From the NCBI GenBank assembly GCA_964016885.1, contig OZ024740.1, positions 393,204,001 through 393,268,000 of the forward strand: 64,000 bases of DNA, in the 5' to 3' direction. How positions within the stretch are numbered: the stretch's first letter is position 1; every line of letters starts with the position of its first letter. This stretch comes from Eledone cirrhosa. Taxonomy: Eukaryota. This document shows, one piece after another, positions 11,596 to 26,429 of the stretch. Below the pieces are notes generated by a model. That model did not search any database. It saw only the letters and a list, made by a program, of their open reading frames with translations, and was not told the DNA's origin. The position numbers and the translations under genes were made by a program.

Positions 11596-11601
<6 letters not shown>
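10007..11601 (+). mobile_element. 5'-truncated RTE-clade LINE, subfamily B
   Basis: [44 protein letters not shown]...[12 protein letters not shown]...[10 protein letters not shown]. The 3' UTR has a ~138-bp duplication, CCATGCTAGCATGG, and (GAT)n running into (TA)n. Highly similar to 31210-32616. Confidence 0.92.
10504..10657 (-). mobile_element. 154-bp RTE 3' end inserted antisense into the RTE ORF
   Basis: (ATC)n plus 3' UTR nearly identical to ~31220-31380. Flanked by GCCTGTAT (10496-10503) and GCTTGTAT (10658-10665); the host ORF resumes after it. Confidence 0.85.
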
Positions 11602-11651
<50 letters not shown>

Positions 11652-13584
11652 TTGTTTCTTTACATAAATAATGCAAATATTGTCACTATTATTTTTGCCA
11701 TTGTGTTAATAACCATTTTTATAGTCAAAAGCATGTGTTAATTATAAAAGTAACAAACATAAAAGCTCTCATTAAATATACCCAATTCCCAGAGTGGTTA
11801 TATTTACTGCTGAACAAGTGGACAGAGTTACTGCATTTGTTTCAAAATAAGCACAATATGACTAATATGGACACACTTAAATGCTTCAAATGATTGCAAA
11901 AATAAAGAAAAATTAGATAGCACAGTTTTTACAGAAATCTAACTAACAATGTGACATAAAAGCTAATCCAAGCCATTGATTCTATTTGTAAATGTCAGTG
12001 GCAATTATCAAAGTATAGACGAAGAGGTATCCTTACATAAAACAAGTTTATCATCTGGTCAAAAAACCCTACTGGCACATTTTTGACCCAGTAAAATGTA
12101 AACAAATTTTTCACTGACCCAAATTTTATACACTTTGAGATAATATTAGAAACAATATAACAACATGTTTCACAGAAACCTACTAGTAATTAATAATAAA
12201 CCTAGGAAATCTTTATATAGTCACTCGATCTTCTAGAAATAGCCACCAAATCCCACTGAAATCAAATCACATCATACAGTTCATAATGGATATATGCAAA
12301 GAGAAATTTCCAGTGTGAGGAAATCAGAAGTCTAAAAGATAGTCTATTAATTAAATAAGTAAGGAAAACTGTAAACAAAATAACAATCTCTTTTATTGTC
12401 ACTACATAAGGTCAACATAGCATTACTATATAGAATGGGTGATGCACACAATAATGTAAATATTAATTACAATAAAAAAAGGATGCAGTGAGTGCATTTA
12501 ATTTTTGTGTATGTTAATGAATGCTAGGTGAATTAAATACTTTATGAATGTGTAATTCTGATGCATCTAATAAATATGTAAAATGACATCATGTCTTTGA
12601 GAGAAAGTAAGCAAGAAAAGTTGCTAGTTTGAAATACCAAGTGGAGCATATGAATGAATCTGGGTGAATACAGCAATAACAACATAAGTAACTTCAAACA
12701 TATTTTTGTGAAGAATTTGCAAATTCTTCATGATGCCAAAATGTTCATTCTGTTTCATTACATATTATCACATGACCTAAACATTTTAGAAGGTTCCATG
12801 AGTGGAAAAGGAGCTGGTCTTAAAATTTTGATATGAGAATTGAAAGGTGATGTATACAACAAAAGACATATATCAGCGCTACAAATATATCATTCCAAAA
12901 CAGAGTATGTTCAATGGACAGATATGTTTAAAAATGAAATGTAGACATGATAATCCAAATCTACTTCCTACTATGTCAAAAGTTGAGGTGAGTCTACTCT
13001 ACTAGTTTTAAAACAGAAATGACATATCAGATCAGGTAGGTAGTCCTACCCACACAATGCTTGAAAACATGAAGGGATAGGTAGTGGCTAGAATGCTGTC
13101 TGCTTAATCTGGATTGACCTGGGCTGAAGCAACAACAAATATATGTTTAAATACAGAAATAAAAGTAAGAAACTCCTCTATCCAAATCCCTGGAAAGATG
13201 TTGGAAACAGTAAAAATTTGACCAGACTGTTGCTATTACATAAAGATAAACAGCAGCAGAAAACACAACTATATATACTGATAAAGAAGGAATGATTTAA
13301 TTTATTGAAATATTCCCTTACATTCACATACTAATCCTGAACAATACAACTAAACATTGAAAAACATCCCTTATCATTCCATCACTCTGTTTCTCCCCAT
13401 CACGCTCATATTCATACTCTCTCCCCTTTCTCCATTCACATTCTTGGCAATGTTTACCTTGAAAGAATGAAGTAGAAAGTAATCTTACAAAGAACAAGTA
13501 TACTCTGTAAAGTGGTTGCCAGTTGAATGGAAACAATATCAGGTAGAAAGGACTTGGCCATCTTGTCAAGGACATGCCACCTCT

Positions 13585-13810
13585 CTAGCACTGGTGCCAC
13601 AATAAAATACGCCAGTATATTCAGTAAAGTAGTTGGTGTTTGGAAGGACATCCAGCAGTAGAAACCATGCCAAATATGGAAAATATGAGTGAACCATTTT
13701 CTGATTTGTCAAGGAGGACAGTATTTCTGAATAAAAACTGATTCGAACAGTAACAATCCATCCAACCTATGCTAGCATGGAAAGTGAGCATATGATGATA
13801 ATGATGATAA
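13585..13810 (+). mobile_element. Short element with RTE-type 3' UTR and tail
   Basis: GGTGCCAC...GTAAAGTAGTTGGTGTTTGGAAGGACATCCAGCAGTAGAAACC...CTATGCTAGCATGGAAAG...TGATGATAATGATGAT. Confidence 0.7.
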
Positions 13811-14715
13811 ACACCAATCAACACATTAACAATAAATCCTACATAAATGATATAAAATCTAAGGCAATACTGCTTCTCAGCTCCTCTCCATGATATTATC
13901 ATACACCCAAATCAAACACACAAGAATTTCCCAAAACAAAGGCAAATAGAAAAGATGGACATATTATTATAACCAAAATACAATATGTACTTTATTTAGA
14001 AACACTACACCAACGCCCAAAACAATTACAAAGCACAGAAAGGTTAGGTATGTATGTACCTGTTACTCCTGATGGAGTTGCAAGGGCACTTGGACACTTT
14101 AAACCTGGTGGAACTCATCTCGTCTCCAGATCTGAACATAGCCGATTTCTTCCAAATAAGGAGGGAGATGGAGTGATAGAAACGAAGTGAGAAAAAGATA
14201 TAGAGAAAAGATGGACACCAGTACTGGACCAGTTAGCACATTTATTTATCAACATCAAAATGATGAAACTTGACCTTGATGGGATTTGAACTTAGAGAAT
14301 GCAGAGAGTCAGAATGAATACAAGACATTCTACATGACATTGTAATGACTGCCAATTCACATCCACAGCTCAAATACACCAAGCAAAATTACTCCATTAC
14401 ATAGAAACAAATACTAGTTTTACCATACAACTCACTCCAAATTTTAAAAGGAATATGTTTCAGACACCATTTCCTTAATTTTCTGGAATGGCTAATGACT
14501 CCATTACAAAAATAATTTATTTACTAATTCACAATGTTTAAATAATAAAACTGGACCCCAGGATATACTGGGGAGATGATATTAAAAGAATAGACCAATG
14601 AGAAACTGAAAATAATGCTCCATCATGGCCTTGATTGTGATTAACCTTAACCATAAAAGCTAAAGCAAAGAATAACACTAATGCTTATATATATACACAC
14701 ACACATACATGTTTG

Positions 14716-14766
<51 letters not shown>

Positions 14767-15189
14767 CAGACCTCTGTTAATCTAACAGAATACATTGGCA
14801 ATAAAGCTTTAAATTTATGCTGGAAAGGAATTGAAAGTAAGATTGATGGCCAAATCAGAGATGAAAAAGTTGACTGCTCACTGCATGTCAGTTTTTATGA
14901 TATCTTGAAATATCACTAAAGGTGGTTGGCACATTAGCTTCCAGCATGGAGTTTAAATGTTGCGATCAATATTGCAGTTAATTTTGGTGTGTATGTGTGA
15001 TTTTTATTTGTTAAGCTTGACTATATACAAATGATAGCTGCAATACCAGTTCAATAAAGAAAATGCACAACACAAACTCCATAGATTTCTTACACTGGCT
15101 TAAAGTTATAATTCTATAAGTAGAGATGAGTATAGTTGATTGAATCAATACTAGTTACATTTCTGGTTTTATTGTCAGGATTAGTGAAA

Positions 15190-15420
15190 TGTGTGGCCTA
15201 GTGGTTTGGGTGTTAAGATCATAGATTTGATTTCCAGACTAAGGGATATGTGATATCCTTGAGCAAGGCACTATTTCATGTTTTTCCAGTATACTCAGCT
15301 GAAAATGAGTACCAGCTGCAGCAGTTAGAGGTTAGTCATGTGAAGGACTGGCTTCTCATTCAATGCGAGGTGCCGTACTCTCAGTTGTTTAACACCAATG
15401 AAACTAAAATAAGCTCTGGG
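15190..15420 (+). mobile_element. Degraded tRNA-derived SINE (second family)
   Basis: TGTGGCCTAGTGGTT head and TCCTTGAGCAAGGCACTATTTCA core, as in 32836-32960. Confidence 0.55.
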
Positions 15421-17226
15421 CTTTGTCAAACCCATAAAAACAGAGAAAAACAAATATAGAATGATAACTCTAACTCAGTATCGTGATGTGAACTCAGGAT
15501 ATAGAGAAGCAAAATTGAATAATGTAAAGAACTTACTACTTCTGTCACTTAAATATCTTCCAGCAAACTGGCATATGTATTAGAGCATCAAATGAAATGC
15601 TTTGCAACATTTTTTGTGAGTTGAAATCCGGCAGGAATCAGTTTTACCATTCGTCCTTCTGGTGTTAATAAATAAAGTACTAGTCTAGAGTGGTGGTGTG
15701 GAATAACCATTAGAGCATTGAACAGGATACTTTATGCTATTTGTTCTGGCTCTTTGTGTGTTGAGTTCAAATGCTGCTGTGGCCTACTTGGATGGCAGAC
15801 ATAATATGTCACCTGGTTTAAAACTTCCACCTGATACTGGGGTGTCTTAAGTAGAATCCACTTAATTGCAAGCATCCCAGTGATCTCTCCAGTTTGAGGA
15901 TACCTTTTCCGTTCACTCTTACCAGTTTTGGAGATTTTGGAAAAGAATCTTGGGCATTATCCTTCCTCATAACTAAGCAATAAAACTTAAATTTATACAA
16001 TTTTCAATATCAAATACGAATACATGAGTATCCTTTTGGCTGTGGCAGCTACTACTGTAGTTTATGTTTACATGAATATCTTAGTCACTCACTAAAATAC
16101 AAAGCAAGTTAGTTGGTATTTAGAATGAAAACTATTCTGTCATTGTTGGTGCATTCATTTACTGAAACAACCACCGCCCTAAGACACTAGTGTTTTGTGG
16201 GAAACCAATGTTATATCATGCCAATGGATGTAGTTAGTGCAAACACCGCATCTTTAATGAATCAAAATAAATGAGATTATAATATCAAGCTTTAAAAAAA
16301 AAAACCTCAACCCCCTCCCCAATAACAATAATAATAATAATAAAATATAGAAATATTTCAGAGTACAGTCTTAGAAGTTGTTCTCAAAATACACATAATT
16401 TCCTGTGTCAACTCAGCTCTCATCCATCCGTTCTCTCCATCTCTTTCCCCCCTCTCTCTCTCTATCATCCTCCTCTTCATCATCATTCTCATATTCATCA
16501 TTTTAACATAATCAATGTCATTATTTTCATATTCATCATCATCATCATTCCTAACAGTACAACCACAATATACATTACTATTATTATCATCATATCCATT
16601 ACATCTCTCTTCATCATGAACACCATCATTGTCATTATCCTCTTATACCTAATTTCTTTCCTCCAACTTCTACTCTTCCTAGTCCTCCAACTCTTCGCCC
16701 ACGCTCCTCTTCCTCCTCCTCATCATCATAATCACTACTACTACTGCTACTACTACATTATATTTCTTCCCCATTTTGTTGTAGCCCTCAATCAATCATC
16801 CTGTTGGCGTGGGTTAGACAGGTCTGCCTGGTTGGGTTTGGCAGCACACCAGATATACATGAGGCCGAGGAAAGGGAGACACTGAAATAATAAGTGAGGG
16901 TGGTTTTAAGACAGAGCAGTTAGTTATTTTGAGAAGCAGAGAGCTATGGGTAACTAAAGTTGGAGGTTGTTTACTCCCTTATTTACTTGTAAGATAAATG
17001 ACTTTCAAGCTTTGAATTTCATGCCTACCAAGCTGAACAAATTTTACCTCATGGGCCTTTTATAGCACTGAAGAAACATTTATATCCTAAATACAGCAAC
17101 CAAATCTTTCCTAACCAGCAACCAGCTATCTTAAAACAGGAAGGGTATGGCTGAATGCATCTTATCCTGAGAAGACCTGTGGTTAAACAATAACTTCATT
17201 TCATTTGTCATTAATGTCTTTGAAAA

Positions 17227-17328
17227 TCCCGCCGAGGTTGACTTTGCCTTTCATCCTTCCGGGGTCGATAAAATAAAGTACCAGTAATGCACTGGGTAAT
17301 TGCTGGCCTTGTGCCTAAAGTAGAAACA
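17227..17328 (+). mobile_element. 5'-truncated Meta-like SINE
   Basis: Core GCCTTTCATCCTTCCGGGGTCGATAAAATAAAGTACCAG, with a 17-bp direct repeat ATTAATGTCTTTGAAAA at 17210-17226 and 17329-17345. Confidence 0.85.
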
Positions 17329-20300
17329 ATTAATGTCTTTGAAAAATGCAGCAATATCATAGACTCTGAAGTCCATTCTTCTATAAACATAAAGTATATA
17401 AAGCAGTGTTTCTAAAAAAAACCTGCCCCTGAAGAAAAAAAATCTTGTTATGGTTTAGGTGTGAGGTAAGCATAGTGTTCATGTTGACAACCAGCCCTCC
17501 AAGACAAGTGAAATTGTATCTGTTGATGTTCAGTTTGACCATCTATAAGTCAATGGCTGCAGGATGTGTTTGAGAAGGGAATTGTAAAGATTTAACATTC
17601 TCAGACTTAATGATTAGTGGTGATGGTAAGAATAAGACAAAATACTGGATGGCACTGGATTTAATTGTGGCCTATTTTTGGTTTTTCTTGTTTCCAAGCA
17701 AAAGTCATTTTTAGCGCTTCTCCCTTACTGTCCTCTGGGAAACACCTTCTCGATTGGGGCTGTGGGGCAGCCAGCGTGTGCCCCCCCCCCCCATTTGTTC
17801 ATAATAGTGAGAGATGGGGAGAGCAGGAGAGACAGAGGCAGTGCCAGTGGGAGTTTAGTTCCTTTATGTTTGGACTTGGTGTATATGTGTGTTTCACAGA
17901 CACACACTCACACCCAGGCTAACACACACACACATATACACTTCACATTGAGGAAAGAAACAGTTCATTTTTTATGTTCCTTTTGTGTAGATAGTACAAA
18001 TACTATTTTCTTAGTTTCTCTACTCCATATTTATTTATTTTGTTAATACTCTTGGGAAACAATCATTGCTACATCCTACTGAAGTCAACAGGTCTTATCT
18101 GTTGATTGGTATTTCTGATACAGAGAGTTCAAGAAATTGACTCAACTGCATTGTATAAGTACAGTAGGATGAAATTTGATAAAGATTTGACTACTATTTT
18201 TAGCACACAATTAAGGGTCACATAGAGGCTTCTTCATTGACATTAGACGTGGTAAAATATTTTTTTTGCTATAAATATTAGTAGGAACTTTTTAAAAAAC
18301 CTGTTTGTTATAAACTGGTGGTGAAACCAGACAAAAATAATATTAGAAAAACAAGAAAAATGGTATGGTCATCTCTGAGAAGTTTCAAACTGCACATGTG
18401 ATATGACACAGGATCATGGCATATGAAGAAAAATAAATTAGTGTAAATCTGTCCTATTCATGTCAAAATAGCTAAACATTACTAATATCAGTGGTAAATG
18501 AGGATGATGATGATGAAAATGATGAGTAAAAGGGAACTTTTGTTTAATTGTATCCATGACCACCTATTTTTCAAATTTTACTGTTGCTCACAAAAAAAAA
18601 AAAAAAAATCTCTCCCACATCATCAATGAAAGGACATCTATGAGATACATGACATGCTAAAAATAGTAATCAAATCTTTATCAAATCACAATCTACTGCC
18701 TTATAAAATAGAAACGTTGGATAATATAACCTGGAGTTTTCCATGCCTGAAAAATGATGATATAGTCCTGACTTGAATACTTTTTGATCATAGTTCTGCT
18801 TGCTCAAGGTTGAAATAGGACTAAACAACAACTATTAATACTATAATGTGATCTTTGGTTTGTTAGAGTCAACAGTTATAAGAAAAACAACATTAGTAAC
18901 AAAGGAATTACTTTCACAACAATAACACCACCAGTACAATTATCCTCATCACTATCAAGTCAATGAAAGAGTCTCTGTATGGTCACTCAAACTATTTGCA
19001 AAAAGGTAAAGGAAAGGAAATGATCATCAGATCAAACCAAGGAAATGATGGTCTTTCCATTGCTGATACTATCTGCCATTTGTAACTTCTAGCAGAAGAA
19101 GCAATACAAAATAAATTATTTTGCTCAAGAACACCATCAAGTCCAGGAATCAAACCCACAACCTTCTGATCATGAGCTCAACACTCTAATCACTTGGATA
19201 TGTCCCTTCACTAAACCTGTTTGAAATAGCATCAAAATGCTCTCAAACCCTACCTAACATATTTGATATAAAAAAAAAGGTGGGATCACCACGTCTGGAA
19301 TGCTTTTGTTCATAAGCTCAATCAGAGCTGACTTGGTACTGCAATGATGATGATGATGACGATAAAAGCAACTTTACCATTCTCACTCCAACAATCATCA
19401 CCAACAACAGCAACAAAAAGAGTATCAGCAACAATAGCAACAAACTACAAATGCAACAATACAAACAACAAACACAAGAATAACTAACAAACAAAAAAGC
19501 AACAAAAACAACAACAACACAGACATTTAAAAAAAATTCTCAAGAAGCACTAGCAACATCAAACATCCCTGCAACAACCAATAAACAACAAATCTGAAGA
19601 TATTATTTTTGTCCCTGCCAGCCTTCCATAGCAAGCCTATGACACATGCCACCAATGATGGATGGCTTGCTAAAGGCTTTCTCCAGCGTATATGGCACTT
19701 TATATATTTCAGAGACTGCTGAAAACCAACCACTCCATCTCACTCCACTACCTCCACTTCCTTTGCCATAGACTTTCGCCTCCTCCTCTATTTTCTCTTC
19801 CCCTCTCCCTCCCCCTCTTCATCCCTCCATCTAGCACCAAGAAATTTTATTTGTTTATTTATTCATTATTATTTTAGAAATACTGTTAGTGTCACTGGCC
19901 AGATTACTACTACTTACTGTTTGTTCATGGGTTGATGGGTGGGTTGGGCAGGTGCTTGGAGAGCGAAAGGGAAAGGTGATGGTGGAGGGTGAGACATATC
20001 TACCACCCTTCCAATTTCTCTCTCTCTCTCTTTCCAACCCCTCATACATCCACTCTTAATCCCTCCTCTACTATGCTCACCCCTTCTGATCCACAGTCAT
20101 TCTAGCAGGCTCCCCCCCCCCCAGTACCACTAGGCTACTACAATATCCACTATTGCCATCCAACCTCACCCCCTATGCATCTTTGACTGCATCCACATCT
20201 ACCCCTACCATCAAGCCACAAAAACACACTATGGACCATGTTACTACTACTACTACTGACACTACTACTACCAACACCACTTACACATTTGCAATACACA

Positions 20301-20591
20301 TATTCACAGACAGAGAATTATACACCAATACACACACACACAGATAGGTACTTAAACACACATACATTTACATTCACTTAAAAATATACATTATTTTAGT
20401 TCCCACCAGTAACAGGGTTGAAAAAAAGAATAAAATAAAATTTTATATAATAGTGATGATGGTGGAGTGGAAGTAGTAAAGGTAATTGGGGGTGGGTGGG
20501 AAGTAGTGGCAATGGTGTAGAGAGTGGAAAGGTGGGGTGAGGTAGTAGACTCCAGGGAAAAAATAAAGGGTGAGCTAGGAGAAAGGAGAGT

Positions 20592-20656
<65 letters not shown>

Positions 20657-21119
20657 ATGTGTGTGTGTGAAAAAGAAAAGAAGAGACAAAAATGAGGGGG
20701 TAAAAAAGTAGGAATGATTGAGGGGGGAGGGCAGAGAAAGAAGGGATATAAAGAGAGAACAAGAGAAGTAGATTGAAAGGGTAAAATAAATTGGAGAGAG
20801 GTGGTAAGAGAAAAAAATCAGAGAAAGAGAAAGATGGCGAGACTGACTAGACATTAAATTAGTGTGTACTTAATGATCTCATGATATAGTCTAAGGTGAT
20901 GGTGAACCTAAGTGTTATAGAGAGACACCAGAGACACTGTTGAAAGACTCATATTCAGATACAGATTCTAAGGAAAGTAAGTCATCTTGATGAGAATCAT
21001 TGCTTTCCAAGTTATATCCATGCCAAGCCAATGGAAAACACACCAATATTATAGTGTTGTTGCTGCTGTGGCTGCTGTGGCTACTTAGATTAGAGCAAAC
21101 AGTTGTTTTTTTTACTCGG

Positions 21120-21285
21120 CAGTAAGGTGATGAATGGGAAGAGTAGTTAGAATGTCAGATAGAATGTTTGGTGGTATATATTCTGGCTTTCTGTGCTCTA
21201 AGTTCCAATAGTGTGAAGGTCAACTTCATCTTTCATCCTTTTGAGGTTGATAAATACAGTACCAGTCCCACGCTGGGGTTGATTA
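21120..21285 (+). mobile_element. Degraded Meta-like SINE
   Basis: CTTTCATCCTTTTGAGGTTGATAAATACAGTACCAG core. Confidence 0.6.
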
Positions 21286-22030
21286 TTCCTTTATGTCTCT
21301 TTCTCACTCTTCCTCACACTTTCTCTGGGGAAAAATAGTTTTGCTCAGACCTGGAAGGAGCAGGACTCCTCAAGCTAAATGCCCAAGCCATGATGATGCT
21401 CCTATGACTCCATCAAGAGTTAAGGACCCAAAGCATGGCATAGCATACTCTGCACTATCTACTTAGATACTGCTAAACTGACTGGGCCATTGAGAATTAA
21501 ATGTGTTGGTCAACAGTTTCTATATACTGCTAATGATAGAATATGAACCATCAACCTTTTGGTTAATGGTTATGGCTAAGAGGAAAATATATCAAGGGAG
21601 TGTTCTGTATACTAAATAAATACACATGTACAGAGTGTAGTAAAAATCCCACCTCACCAGAATGGTTTTTTTCAATCTTGGTTAAAAAAAAAAAAAACTC
21701 TGCATAGCAGTCATAGGTTGAATAGGTGGTTCAATAACAAATAAGTGTGGTGCACACCTGTTCAAATAATGGCCACAAGTGAAAATATTTAAATAAATGT
21801 TAAACACTGAACAGAATTTTGACCAGAAAACTAAGGGGACAAAAAGCAACATAAAACCTCTTATTTTTCCGAAATACCCTTTATTTCGCATGGGACCAAG
21901 ACTCTAAATCCCGCTCTCACCTCATCAGACTGATAGACAGCCAGACAATTTTATATGGACATTACATGGATCTGCTTGATCAAAGTACCCATGGCACTGC
22001 ACTGAGATTATAATTCATTATAACTCATCA

Positions 22031-22224
22031 GATAAGGGCGGTGGATTGGCAGTATCGGTAGAGGGTCGGACGCTAAGCTTTGCAGCAAAGAGTTACGGCA
22101 CTTTATGTTCTGAGTTCAAATCCCGCCGAGGTTAACTTTGCCTTTCATCCTTATGGAGTCTATAAAATAAAGTACCAGTAATACACTGGAATAATTGCTG
22201 GCCTTGTGCCAAAGAGTAGAAACA
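22031..22224 (+). mobile_element. Full-length Meta-like SINE
   Basis: GGCGGTGGATTGGCAGTATCGG head, GAGTTCAAATCCC B box and core, with a 14-bp TSD ATTATAACTCATCA (22017-22030 and 22225-22238). Confidence 0.88.
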
Positions 22225-22499
22225 ATTATAACTCATCACCTCTATCTTAATTTCAACTTCTGTACCTTTCACATATGTTTTCATTTCTTTGATTTTGCAT
22301 CTATTTTTATTTTTACTTATTATTATTTATTTGATTGACTAAGATATTAACTAATTAATTGATTAATTATTATATTTTATAATTTAAGTTTATCTGCTAT
22401 ATTTCAGTAAGGTGCTCAGTATTTTCCCCATCTGTGTTCAAAGTAACCTAATTAATAAGTTTCTCTATATTGTACACTATATATATGTATATATATACA

Positions 22500-22770
22500 C
22501 ACAATGCCTGTGTGAGAAGTGTGTTGTTCCATGCCAGCAAGACCTGAGCCATGTCATTCAACTGTCTGAATCGGCTCAGAAGAAATGACAGAGCTACGAT
22601 CCACTGGATGTATGGTGTGACCACTGAGGATGATGTCAGCTCAACTGAGCTCCTGAAAAGATTGTTGATCAACGACCTCGAGGATGTGCTTCACACGAGA
22701 CACATGACCCACCCCTACTTAGAGATTAATTGTGTTCTGCATGATCAAAATGTGGATGATGATGATATAT
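22500..22770 (+). mobile_element. Old RTE-clade LINE fragment
   Basis: ACVRSVLFHASKT*A....RLRRNDRATIHWMYGV, homologous to [16 protein letters not shown]...[14 protein letters not shown] in the younger copies. Confidence 0.65.
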
Positions 22771-22774
22771 GTAT

Positions 22775-22812
<38 letters not shown>

Positions 22813-25264
22813 ACATGTGCATAAGTGATTGTAATAGAATATTCCACAAAAGGAGTTAGAGCTTGATATAAAAATGGATATAATTTGATAACCTTAGTAC
22901 TCTTCATTTTATATAGCTATATATAAGAGAGGGGGGGGGGGGAGAGATATATGCCTATATGTATGAATATGATTTTTAAAAACATACCTATCTGTGTATA
23001 TATGTGTGTGTGTGTGTATGTGTATGTATACTGTATATGTGTTTCTATTCAAGTTAAGGAAATTTGTGAAGCATAATATTGAAAAGCAAATACTACTACT
23101 AGTGGGAATGTAACTACATACACCCCCACTCATAGAATAGTGAAATAAGAAGATCACTACAAAACATTGTAATATGCTTCCTTCCTTTGTTCTGATTTAA
23201 AAAGTCTTATGTGTCATGTTTCTAGGTGTGGTTTTCACTTTCTTTTAAAAGACTCATTATCAGAACTGCTCCTCAGAGGAAAAGACAATATTAACATATT
23301 GATGGGAAGTCTAGAATTCAGCCTTGTGTACTGAAAAAATCTTAGTTAACACAAACACATGACTACATACATAATATATGGACATACATGGTGAGTCAGT
23401 CTTAACCTGCCATTACAGTAAATGCAATATTTACCATCTCGAATAATTTAGTTTACAGAATGTTCCTGTCAAGTCACCAGCTACATTCTTACTACTGAAT
23501 AGGAGAAATTGTTTGTGAAAAGAAATGGCCATAGCAATCACCATTATCATCATTATTTTACATCTGTTTTTCCATGCTGACAGGAGTTGGATAGATCTCA
23601 CTGTCTTGACACTCATTGGACCTCTGTCATCTGTCATAAACAGAGGAAACTGGATATCTTTGTTGAACTAGGAGCTCATCTGTGATATGACTAAAGGGTC
23701 CTCTCCATTCTCCATGACATCTCCTTTCATGTTGCTCTTTTTTATTTTTGGTATAATTTTTACAGTTAAATACCCTTCCTAACACAAACCACTTTACAAA
23801 GTAGACTGTGTACATTTTACCATGCCACTGGCACTAGAGATAACATCATTGTTGAACTAGATGTTTGACACTGACAGGACTAAAGAACCCTTTATAACCT
23901 ATGTTACATCCATTTCTCATTCACTCTTGTTTTTTTGTTTTTTGAGATAATAAAGTTGTATGAGGTTCTTTGAAAAAGCATGCAGGTCACATTATCACAT
24001 TTGTCTTTTTCTAATAAATCTGGGATATTTGCGGACATGTTAAAAAATATCTAAAGATAAAAAAGATTAATTCTATTGTTATGTTCTTGTGAGCAGAGAC
24101 AACATTTTGTAATGAGTACTTTTTAGTTGTGTGTGATTCAAGGCAACCTGACTAGTACTAGTGTCACGATAAAATGCACCCAGTCCACTCTGTAAAGTGG
24201 TTGACTAAAACTAATGAAAGGAAATATGATAAGACTGAGAGGACTCTTTAATCCTGTTGAGGACATAGTAACCTCTCTACTGTTGATACCATAAATGAAA
24301 CCTACAAATGAGATATTGGTCTCTCATTCCCTTCCATTCCCACCTCCTAAGAGATCAGTAACTTTAAGTAAGAATTGACTTAGGCCACGATGACCAACCC
24401 AATCCATGCCAGCATTGAAACTGGATGTATGATGATGATGATCATGATCATAATTTTGGCGGAGTGACAGATCAGTGCCATTAATATTGATATCATGTTA
24501 GTTGACTAACACCAAATGATGATGATTATGATAATGTATACATACATATACATGTTTAATAGACTTTTGCATGCACAACTAGAAATTCTTATCAGTTAAT
24601 GCTTGGGTCATGCTGCCTGTAAAATCTGGACAACATAAGTAATATCAGATTACATAACCAAAATCAATAAAGAACAAAAAAAAAATACTTGAAAATATAT
24701 TCCTTATGATTTATGAATATCACTGGAGATACATTTCTGTGAAAAATATGGACAAAGATACTCTTTCTCTCTCTTTCATACACACATATACAGAAAGATA
24801 AATGTACATACAGTTTCCAGGACATGAAGCACATTCACATGACATAAGAAAGAATATTTTACATCTCACAGTCAAAACATCATCACCGGACCAGATTATG
24901 CTCATTAAAGATATTATGCAAGAACCTTGAAAGGCTTCCCTCCACATTTTAAAAGAATAGATTATAAACTTCCCTAAGCAGACGCAAAATGATGATGATG
25001 ATGATGATATACATACATACACACGCATATATATATATATATAAGTAGAAGGGGTATTTAATTTGTTGGAAATCCGACATTTATATATATATATATATAA
25101 TATGTTGAAAAGGTAACACACCAGAGAGAGATATACAGTGCGTTATCAATAAAACAGGGAAAAAACCACCAGTGTATGGAATCTATAACCTATGAAAGGC
25201 AGACTATAGACACGATAATTAAAAATATAAATTAAAGCGTAAATAAATACCTCTATAACTATAT

Positions 25265-25360
25265 AACACACATACAAATCCAAAGACACTAATCCAAAGA
25301 TATGTTTCACCAATAATTTGTTGAAAGAAATGGGTTAGCTTCGGTTCATCAGCGTGTGTA
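25265..25360 (-). ncRNA. Degenerate hammerhead-like motif in a (TA)n-bounded repeat fragment
   Basis: Minus strand CTGATGA-ACC...GGT-GAAA-CAT; helices I and III are imperfect. Confidence 0.3.
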
Positions 25361-25503
25361 AGCCTATACATTTCAGACAACACTAACAGAATTTTAAAAT
25401 TGACTGTCCAGCTACATATTGTATTTTAAAGAGCTCAGGATTTCTTCTCCTTTGGCACATTATTTACAGAGAATAGCGAGGGCCTATGCCTCCATTAATT
25501 TAT

Positions 25504-25562
<59 letters not shown>

Positions 25563-26429
25563 AAAGTTCTATTTAAATTGTTGGGATACAACAAGTAAAT
25601 ATTTTTATAACTGATATAAAGCACTCGACAAGTATTTGGAGTAGATATATGATATTAACAAATGGAAACTATATTTATAAAACCATATTTATTTCATTAT
25701 ACATATTTCAAGGATACCAAGTTAAATTATGGTATGCCTTCATCAGACAAAATACAATATATACCAGTTTTATAAATAAACATTGACGTACCCTTTCAAA
25801 ATGCGACCGTTACTTTTGGAAGACATCAGGATAGTGGTTTGTTTATTTTAGTAAATCATAGTGTTAAGGATAAGTAAAAAGACGGAGAGAGAGAGAGAGA
25901 GAGAAACGTGGTGAAAAGAAAGGGAGAGATAAATAAAGAAAAAGAGGAAAGAACAAAGAAAAAAAGAAAACAGAGGAAAACAACAGAGAGATATCAAACC
26001 ACCAGACAGAGAGAAAAAACTCAAGAGAGAGAAATATAGAGATAGAGAGAGGGGGAGAGAACGAAAACCTTAAGTCATGTCATATTAAGTTGAGTTAACA
26101 ATTCAGATGAAATGAATAAATAAAATTAGAAATATGAATATTCATGAATGGAATATACGTATATAATATGAGAAATTAATCATTGTTTAATTATGATTAG
26201 ATATTTAGTTTAAAAATTGAGATCAATATATTAAAAATTGGAATTTAAACATCACAAAATATATATATTGCTAGAGAAATTACCTATCGTATAGCACATA
26301 CATATAGGCAAAGATACATAAATATATATATACACACACACTCAGAAAATACACATTATATCTACTTCCGCATATAATATATACATACAAAGCATAAGTG
26401 ATTTTTTTTATTACTGCTATACATTCCTT

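Noticed and set aside
11680-12970. Possible very old hAT transposase remnant (HCVN.H-like motif)
   Set aside because: Too degraded to confirm by eye, and no TIR or TSD was found.
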